Assembly (NCBI RefSeq): GCF_001949145.1
Contig: NW_019091355.1
Span: forward strand, 2,317,107 to 2,381,106
Direction of reading: 5' to 3'
DNA length: 64,000 nt
Origin: Acanthaster planci
Lineage: Eukaryota
The position numbers and the translations under genes were made by a program. Below, piece by piece: positions 55,101-64,000 of this stretch. The number at the start of each line of letters is the position of its first letter. Positions within the stretch are counted from its first letter, which is position 1. Under the pieces are notes generated by a model. The model was not told the DNA's origin. It saw only the letters and a program-made list of their open reading frames with translations, and searched no databases.

Positions 55101-58100
55101 GGAATTAAAAGGCCCTGATGCTTGAAAAGGAAAATGCTCCTGTATTGGCTAATAGTTCCCCGTAGAAATTCCTTTGTGATGACTTCTAATAAGGACTTTG
55201 CTGCTGCCAAACCCTCGCGAGGCAACTGTTTCAACATTGATTCCAAAGTTGTCGAATTCTGCAAGCATGGAGAGAGTGTTGCCTTCGGAACCAATAATAT
55301 TACGATACCGAGTTGTTAATTATTTGAGCACGTACATTGAATTGAATTTATGTTGGGCTCGCTCCTGGGTTTGGAAATGTGTTTTTGGAAATGAACTTCA
55401 CTAATGATCACCTTTTGGCATTGTCAGATAGCAAGTCCTGCCGCTGAAATCGAAAAAAAATTCTGTACGTGCAAGAGTGTTTTCGACATTTACAGGCCTA
55501 AGTACCAACATTCACAGGCCTTTGTACCAACATTCACAGGCCTCTGTACCAACATTCACAGGCCTTTGTGCCAAAATTCACAGGCATTTGTACCAACATT
55601 CACAGGCCTTTGTACCAACATTCACAGGCCTCTGTACCAACATTCACAGGCCTTAGTAGCAATATCCACAGGCCTTTGTGCCAACATTCACAGGCATTTG
55701 TACCAACATTCACAGGCATTTGTACCAATATTCACAGGCCTTTGTACCAACATCCACATGCCTTTGTAGCAGCATCAACAGGCCTTTGTACCAACATCCA
55801 CAGGCCTTTGTACCAGCATCCCCAGGCCTTTGTACCAACATCCACAGGCCTTTGTACCAACATTCACGGGCCTTTGTACCAACATCCACAGGCCTTTGTA
55901 CCAACATCCACAGGCCTTTGTACCAACATTCACGGGCCTTTGTACCAACATTCACAGGCCTAAGTACCACAAACACCACGAAACAAAGAACCGCGTTAAT
56001 CACGTATAGAATCAAAGTCAGATAAGGAAATACTACATGTACCCTTTTGCTTACAACCATGCATCAACGCAGGGGCCAATCACCGTTGTTAAATTTGGTT
56101 ACTTAGTCAGGCACAGTCGATGAGTCGAGAATGAGCTGGTTGTGTGGCCGTGCACCAGCGAGGATTGGGAGCCAGCTTTTTGCTTGTGGCTGTTTGCTGT
56201 GAGAGGTCTTCTTGTGGAAACGACTGATCACGGTTCTAGACTTCTCTGAAATATCCATTGTGAACTGCCATGACCTGTTTTGGCATGTAGCAATTTCCAA
56301 ACGCGCATTGGGTCGACAGATTTCGCGCATTGTGATGGGCCGACGTGTTGCTAACTCTTGGAGGCGCACTACTGCAAAACGCGCGTATTGCATTTTGGCA
56401 CAGCAGCCATGTAGTGTGACACGATGCACTGTATGCCGTGCTCTCGAATGGCAGTGGAAAAACGCAGCTTTTTTCAAATTCGGCGTTTAGTGCCGCTGCC
56501 GCCCGTACAATCGCTACACCCATTAAGTCGGACAAGGCGTGTAGCCTAGCCTAAGGTTCTTTGTTTTCTGTCATTTCAGGTGATCAAGATGTTGATGATG
56601 ATCGTATTTCTCTTCATCGGCTCCTGGCTTCCACTCTACATCTACCATCTGATTGTCATCACCAACAACGCTGTGGTCAGCGATTACCCGAACTTCTTCT
56701 TCGTCTACTTCTTCACCGGCCACTGGCTCGCCATGGCCAACAGCTTCATGAACCCCATCGTCTTCGGCTTCCTGAACGACAGTTTCCGGGTAACTATGCA
56801 GGAAGAGAGAGTGTGAAGTCCAGCCACAGAATTCCTTGACCGAACAGGGGCATTGTACATAGAGTACAGCTGAACCTGTCGCTCAATAGAAGGCATGTAG
56901 TGATAATGGCATTGTGGGAAATGATCGACATTACGCTTCTCGTCAATATAATGATCCTTGTGTCGCTCATTAGTTAATTTTTGTAATTTGTTGACTTGCA
57001 TGTTCTCCATCTTCAAATCATAGTGGTATTTCGTCGATTTTTTATGTCAACCTGCAAGCCTGACAAAGCTCTATGACATAAACAGCTCTCGGCAGAGAGA
57101 ATTATTTTCAAAGGGCCGTGCGCTTTGCGAGATGTGGACGAATAGAAACAAGTCATTAAATCTGTTTTTCATGTTAATGACAACGCACAAGTTGTCACAT
57201 TTCACATCATTTTATATTGTCACGTCTTATTTGTCAGTGACATTCATGATTTCCATGTCCATTTCGGGAAGAATACAATCATCTGCATGTACACTGTATT
57301 TAAATCCCATATTCAATCCGGTTGTGTTCATTTTCCAGTAATCTATCGCTTTTAGCTTACAGGATATCAGTAATTCAGCTGTGTATGAAAGGCTTGCTCG
57401 TGATATAGGTCACCAGATCTTCTGGATGTAGTTTGGGGTGGTATTTGCGTCAGTGGCGTCCCACTTCTTAAGGAGGGATTGTAATAGCTGCATCCACGAA
57501 GGCTAGCAGGGCATGCCCTGATGAAAATTTATTCATGATTTTGAAATTGTTTATTAAACTTGAGAAGTGCATACAGCTTCGTGATGGTTTAGTGGTTTTA
57601 TTTTTATATAGTGCGTCAGTACAATTGTTATTACGTGATAAACCGCGTCCGTTATTTAATTAATATTGCCACTGAATAAATGTATGTTGAAATTGATAAA
57701 TGCAGCTTTGTTTGTATGTTTTTAGTACAAAGATCGATAGCGCAGAATATAATTATTACATGGCATGAGAAGGTCCTTAACTGGCTGGCCGTATTTAGTC
57801 ACAAGACAAATTACATCAGTTGTTAAAGCAAAGCAAATAAAGCTAGATGACCAAATTGAAAAGCCATCGTCGCAATAGACAGAAATATTCTGTAATCAAT
57901 TAAAACATGCCTGCTTGGAACTGTTCACCTGTAGTGTGTTTGGAGGAGTTAATGAAGAACACGCTCTGTGCATGGTAAAGACTTTTAAGTTCTGTTCTCT
58001 CCTTTTTTTGGTGACCCATAGGCTGACGTGCGGCGATTGCTGCAGCGATGCGGGCCGTGCACAGAGAAGCTTAACCAGCGCCGACGCCTCCGAAGCCGCA

Positions 58101-59670
58101 TGAGTACCACGTCCAGCCTCACCACACGAACTTCCAGCTTGGTAGGGTTAAAACTGTGTTCCTTATTACTGCAAGTGTGCACAAAGCAGATTTCAACAAC
58201 TTGTTTACCTGACTCCGAATAAGTGTAATGAAAAGGGAAACGTCGAATCAGACCTCAGGAACGATAGCTGAAATATGAGGCTGTGCGTGAGCACCAGGAT
58301 TCGTCCTTCAATACTTTCCTTTTTGGAACACAGTTTAGGGTAATATTCCAGAATCGTCCTTGCACTGAAAACAAACATTTAAGTTAGCCAAACTTTAAAT
58401 ACTGAAAAAAAAAGCTTTTATAAATCTGGAAACAGTGACGTTCATCGCTGAATTAATTCGTTCATCTTCATAGAATACAAATTGTGAACTCCAAATGTGT
58501 CCCTTTCATTGCATGTCCATTAGCCATGTTTTAGTCGAGTCACGGTCCATCACGAGTCTATTCTATGTCCATTAGAGGTCATCCGTCTTCGACCAATTAA
58601 GTCATAAGCTATTCACATGGAATATGACAAAAGCATTCTTTTGTCAGTGTTCTTCCAAGTTGTTATGACCGGTCTTGTGAAGGGGACAAGTAAATTGAAC
58701 CGTGAAGGGGCATGTGAAAGATTCGACTAAAACTAGACTCCCTGCGAACTCTTCCTCAGTCCAATTCCAAAACTCCTTTAACAGTCACTTGCTAATCGGA
58801 AAAGCCGTCTGTGCTTTATCTACAGTTCAACCACCAGCGGTCTGGTAAAAATGGCGGCCCGCCCATGCCAACTAGTTTGGGCCCACCTGACCAACAAGCC
58901 CTGGAGAGAATTGGCAACGGTCAGAAATGGAACGAAAGGACCTACACACCGTGAGTTTTATACATTACAGTCTCTTTTTGGAGTTCCTGTCGGTTGATGA
59001 GTTTGGCCTACTCTCAACACAATGCAGCCCGAAAGTAAAAAGTGGCACAGCGGGCTTCATCAACCCTGATGCGACCCACCTGTGTGATTTTCCATGGGAC
59101 CGCCCTCACATTTTATAAATTTTGGAAGAATGATTTCTGCCTGAAACCACCTCAGGAAGCACTCATGTTTGAATTTGATCTTTGAATTCTTCAAGTAATA
59201 TTGTTGCGAAGTCAGCTGGAGATGGGTATCACGAATTTCATTAACGACCTTTCACTTCCGACATTAGCGTTTCCACCTATATGTCTCCTTGTTCAGCCTT
59301 GTTTGTTTTCACTTCATGTAGTTACGTGAGAACGAGAATGTATAACATTGCGAAGATTTGCTTTCTAGTAGTCGAAGGGTTCTGGATGCAGTCGGGCTGG
59401 CCTGATATAGTGCTTGTCACCAAAAGCTGGATAAGATTTTTTTTTAAATGTCTAGACTACAAGAGCAAATTGTTCCGTGAATTTATTTCCTTTAGTACTT
59501 GTAAACTGCTAAACGTATTTGGGTTGCTATGGAAAAGTAGCTTCTTGTCCTATGATGGTCATCACGTCGACACCCACCAGCACCTGTTCACATGCATATT
59601 TTTCTTTTATTTCATCTCACTGTTGCCTATTTTTAGGAACGGAAGGGGTCAACTTCTGGTAGAAGACTAG
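40178..59670 (+). CDS. Class A (rhodopsin-like) neuropeptide-type GPCR, tachykinin/leucokinin/RYamide-luqin/GPR83-related group; about 454 aa
   Basis: Confident exons: 40178-40639 (N-terminus with N-glycosylation sequons, TM1 GN, TM2 NLAVAD..CMPF, ECL1 WYFG..C), 53651-54064 (DRY, TM4 W, CTEHW, TM5 YFAPL, LWGRNLPGNAD..RD..KAKRK), 56580-56789 (TM6 SWLP, TM7 HWLAMANSFMNPIVF) and 58022-58141. Probable tail exons 58826-58950 and 59637-59670 are phase-consistent and end in NGRGQLLVED*. The start codon and last two exons are less certain. Confidence 0.92.
47715..47845 (+). repeat. Dispersed repeat, related to 29828-30000
   Basis: The same shared blocks as 29828-30000, in the same order and orientation. 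Confidence 0.7.
55490..55969. repeat. 22-bp minisatellite, about 21-22 copies, consensus CACAGGCCTTTGTACCAACATT
   Basis: Directly visible head-to-tail units with point variants and no unique spacers. It lies in the GPCR intron 54065-56579. Confidence 0.97.
56294..56371. mobile_element. Half copy of the 26952-27090 palindromic element, in a GPCR intron
   Basis: TTTCCAAACGCGCATTGGGTCGACAGATTTCGCGCATTGTGATGGGCCGACGTGTTGCTAACTCTTGGAGGCGCACTA matches the reverse complement of the left arm and loop of that element. Confidence 0.85.
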
Positions 59671-62600
59671 GCCTACTCCCCCTAAGCTGAAAGAGGGCCT
59701 TTCGAGCTACCACCAAAACGGTGACAGGTTGTAATGCGAAATATTAACAAACTGCACCACAGTAAATCACGGTTTCCTTTTGGAGACCACTTGCGTGATA
59801 AAGTCATGTACGATGTGTTTCCGCTATCCACATCAGCATCTACGAAAGCAGGTCTGCTCTCCGCCTGCCGACCACCAATACTTGTGATGATCACCCCCAA
59901 AATGGCTGTCTAGTGTGCAGTGTCTGCAGTTAGTACAGTGTAGTGTACTCCTAAAATCCCGCGGTTGAAAAAGTTGAGTACTGATATCTTTGATAACCCA
60001 AATTTTTGCCTGAAACGAGAAATAATCTAAAACCACTGGGACATAATTTAACTCGTCGACTGGCTTATCAGACTTATGATACAACCTGAACACGGGTGCC
60101 CAGCCAGTCGTGCTGAGTCACGCATGTCCTTGGGCAAAGCAATTTACCACTCAGTAATTAATTACTCTACGAAGACCGAGGTTTGTTATTTATACAGAAT
60201 TTGCATGGCTGCCATCTTGCAGGCCAGTGCTTTTGTTCCATAGGGTCTGCACAAAGGAGGAACAAAAGAACTGCCGTGTAAAATGGCTACCACGAAAAGC
60301 CTCCACAGTTAGCTGTTTGCATGTTATAAACACAGTGAGGGCTGGAGTGGGCAGTTGGGAAGCCTCTGATAGTATTTCTCGAATTGAGCGGTTTATAAAC
60401 AGGGGTAAGGTGAAACCAGCCTCTCGACATGCTGGCTTCGCGCCGCAAACTAGAAACGAACACATTGCGTGATCGCACACTCAATCTAAAAATTCCCAAT
60501 CTAAAAAATAACCCAGCAACAGCCTAATTATCGCCATGAAATGTTACCAGTATACTTAAATGATGTCTTCACTCTTTGTTTCCTGGAAGTTGTATTTTTG
60601 TGTTTCTGGAAAAGGAGGGTGAAACGGCAGGCCAGAAGTTCACGATTGCGAACTGAATTTGTACCAGCATCGTTGCCGATGCTAAAGGTAATTCTGCCCT
60701 CCCCCACCAAATATCCACCTCCAGGCACATCTAACCGTCCACACTGTCGCCCAAGGGAGCTAAGATGGTTTCAGAAATGTTCCGATGGCGTGAGCCCGAT
60801 AAACAAGGACACTGATTAATATCAGTATCTTTGAATGACAAATACTGTTAATAGACTGCGAGCGTAATGCTTTGCGGATACTGTTTATTACAACGCGAAA
60901 AAAGTTTATCCACGCTATTTGTTGTTATCAAAACCTGCCAAGTGCTTTATTGGCTTTCAAACTATAGCAACAGAACCGACCACGATCCTTGCAAAATGCT
61001 GCCATTTTTACGAAATAAATCACTGCATAATCGATTATTGTCTGAGAGAATTAAGGCCTTCCTTTAGGAAATTTAAGCCACTGGTATGTCGAATATTACA
61101 CTAATATCTGACGCTTAACAATGTCTGTTGTTTTAAATTTTACGATTCACTTTGTAAATAAGCGTAGGTTATGTTTGTGTATTCCGTTTTATGTACATTT
61201 AACTTACTTTACGTACGACATGTACAAAGTTATACGCTTGAAGTGATTCGGTTTGAGTTGATTTGACTCGTACATACTTATGATGTGAACTATTTTGGCA
61301 CAAAATCAAAATAAATACCTGCAAAGTGATTTAATAAAATCATATAGGAAACTGCGTTCATTGTCCTCTACGCATACAGAAGAGCGTGCACCAATTTTGT
61401 TTATGGGTTGAACATTCACGAAACATCGTTTTAGCTGCTCAATCAAGTAGGATCACAGTTTACTTTGAAAACTTCACTCTCCAAGCATACCCGTCTGTCT
61501 CCCGTGCTGTTTCGCTCATCGGTTGAAAACAGCCATGTTGGTCGGGAGTGCTCATTTTGTTGGTAGCAATGCGACCGTGTCGCAAGCATTTTATAGTCGT
61601 TTGTGAACCAGAGGTGCATGGAAAATTGCACCCTCTCTTGGTCCATCTCTGGGCTAATAGGCCTAGATTAGTAGTTCTGCCCACACGTGGACTTCCGAGT
61701 AGCCAGATGTTCACAATGACACTGCTGTACGTTTCTCAACTTCTCAGTTAAGGCCTGCAGTAGTGTCAACTGTCTTAAAATGTGGAATTCAACGTTGAAA
61801 TTTGATAATACAGTATTCCAAATGTCAGTTCTGACACCTTTTAAAATCAGTTGTACATTTTGGATCATTTCCATATAAGTGCATGGGATGTACATGTATG
61901 GGCTGATCCATTTTTACTGAATATGGGGAATGTGGAATGGATTACGGTAAAATGAACGTTACTTTGAAAATATACACTCATTAAAACCATACGTGTGTAT
62001 AGTGAATCGTATACGTTTGATCTGCATGTACATTCCTTTCCATTCAAAGTTACATAATAGACGACTTGAGTGTCTATAACGCTGGTGAAATATTTATTTA
62101 CTCTAAATTTGTTGCGATTATGTAACCAGTTCATATTTTGTGAAAACTGTGCATCGGAAAAGTTATCTTTTTTACTGTCGAGTTCTTTCTGCTTAATTTG
62201 TCAGAGGTTAACAGAGGCAATTGTCCTGTATGAAGTGGTGGCGGGTTCGTCTGTATTAAAACCAAGATAATACCTGAAATATCCGACTATCGAGATTATA
62301 TCCGATTTGTGTGTCGTTCAACCTTCGAAACGCGTCAGTCCTCCGCCTGTTTAACTGCCTTACATTGGCATACTTTTCTTTACGTCTTTTTTAAACACAG
62401 AAATGACTGCCTCATGGAGCTTAACAGAGGTAGATTCCAGTTTACGTTACCTGCAGAATGCTTACGTTTCCAGACGCTGGTTCGTTATTTTAAGCCATCG
62501 CAGGTCGACATAACTGCATCAGATGAGTTCAGATGTTTATAAACGAATGTAATAATCATGAGCACGGGGCCGCGACCAGTTTTAAAGGCCAGGATGTAGG

Positions 62601-62974
62601 GGGTGTGGCTATTATTGTACACATAAAAAAACGATCCTGCATTGCACTCCCGCATTAATTTTTCAATGCATTGTTTTAATTCTTACCTCAAAACACTCAC
62701 TGCTTTTGTTTATCTTAACACAGAAATTACAAACGGTGCTTTCCTTAGAGAGTACCAAAGTGAATACGTCACGCGCTCTGATTATCTGGGGTGTGTTTTG
62801 GCGGTCATAACCAAGGACTGGTTCGTTTGTTTCTCTTTGGTTAATCGCTTTGAGGGTTTGAGTACTACATCATCGCACTCAATTCTTATTTGATTAAAAT
62901 TACCAAAGAAAATCTATGAAAAATTACAGCCGAACCGTTTCTTATTAAGACCGCCAAAACGCAACCTTGATTCG

Positions 62975-63401
62975 TAAGTGTGACGTCACTTCAGTTTAAA
63001 CCACGTCCACTGCACATAGAGTGTGAGGAACCATGAAACCGGAAGTTATAAACGCGCAACTTTTCGGTTCATCAATGGGAGCAATTTGTGGTGCGTGCGC
63101 ATGTATGACAAAGTCACGAATTGGATGGTTGTGAACCAACACGCGTGAGGATCCATTCATTTGCACTACACTTCTTGGTCCAAAATGACGTCACACCTCG
63201 GTACATCTATCCGGTTCTTAAGTGTGACTTCACTTTAGTTTAAACCATGCCCACTGCACATGCACTGGACATAGAGTTATCATGCACTGATCACCGTTTA
63301 CATGGAACCGGAAGTTAACGCGCAACTTCAGCGATCGTCCAATGGGAGCCTGCAAATTGTGGCGCTTCCGCCTTTGTGACAAAGTCACCTACGAACCGGA
63401 T
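62975..63401. promoter_or_regulatory. Tandemly duplicated promoter-like block (62975-63126 and 63219-63401)
   Basis: Two diverged copies of TAAGTGTGAC.TCACTT.AGTTTAAACCA..CCACTGCACAT..AACCGGAAGTTA..ACGCGCAACTT..CAATGGGAGC..TGACAAAGTCAC. They carry ETS-type ACCGGAAGT (63038, 63307), CRE TGACGTCA (62981, 63186) and an NRF1-like TGCGCATG. The duplication is seen directly; the promoter role is inferred. Confidence 0.55.
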
Positions 63402-64000
63402 ATAAAACACGAAACTAATTTTCCTAAAATGTCACTGCTAATCGTGAAGTAATATGAAAAACACGTTGTGGTTATTTTGGTAAATGTAGCTGTCTAGAAT
63501 ATAAATGTAAAATACACCACAACTGAGCCGTGAACCAGCGAGAATACTTGACATGGACCGAGGAGCATCATTCTAAGGATTCCACCGCGAAGAAAAGGTG
63601 AGCTGGGGGCAACATTTCTTTCTTCACGTTGTATCACTCTACTGCAACAAGAAATACGTCATTTTTTATTACTTAATCTTTTTTTAAAGTGCAAACTTGC
63701 TTGTGTGGTGAAAAAAATATTGTATGACTGAGTTGCTTGTGGATAAATTTGGAGATGGTTATAAAACTACTGTTAACTGACCAATAAAGTTAAAAACTAC
63801 ACGTGCATGTATTTTTTTGAGAACCTCCTGGTAGGACTTGAGATATCGCTGGGTAATCTCGATAATGAATTAAGGCAAATCCAAACAATAAACCTTTGCT
63901 TTCATTGGATCTGTTCGTTATCTTTACATTATATCTAGTTTTTTCAGATGAACTTTGAAGTCAGCTATGAAGCTAGTTATCTTCAGTTAAAGTTCAGTCT

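Noticed and set aside
55404..56060. Four overlapping ORFs of 115-131 aa with repeated peptides, and a superficial CRISPR-like look
   Set aside because: They are translations of a stop-free 22-bp tandem repeat. There are no unique spacers and no cas genes, and the context is a eukaryotic intron.
9620..59670. Functional link between the GPCR and the LOX/ACSL pair (a lipid-mediator receptor)
   Set aside because: The receptor motifs are those of peptide receptors rather than eicosanoid receptors. Proximity of about 20 kb is not evidence.
60090..60155. SINE-like phrase TGTCCTTGGGCAAAGCAATTTA
   Set aside because: Too short, and no pol III A/B boxes or tail were recognised.

Overview
Eukaryotic, AT-rich, intron-containing animal DNA that looks like an invertebrate genome (species not determinable), with one assembly gap (26022-26676). 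Three spliced genes could be rebuilt by hand from GT-AG junctions. (1) The 5' part of a PLAT-domain lipoxygenase on the minus strand (ATG 2331, six exons, runs off the left edge). (2) A complete 19-exon long-chain acyl-CoA synthetase of the ACSL1/5/6 type on the plus strand (9620-19503, 677 aa), transcribed divergently from the lipoxygenase. (3) A rhodopsin-class neuropeptide-type GPCR on the plus strand (40178 to about 59670, 13-kb intron). The rest is intron or intergenic DNA with MITE-like inverted repeats, a 22-bp minisatellite, small duplications and a duplicated promoter-like block near the right edge. The most notable observations are the head-to-head lipoxygenase/ACSL pair, a possible ACSL membrane-anchor ORF separated from the enzyme by one in-frame TGA, and unusual 5' exons plus an NPxxF motif in the GPCR. 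No prokaryotic systems, CRISPR arrays, tRNA or rRNA genes were recognised. Almost all other ORFs in the supplied track look spurious.
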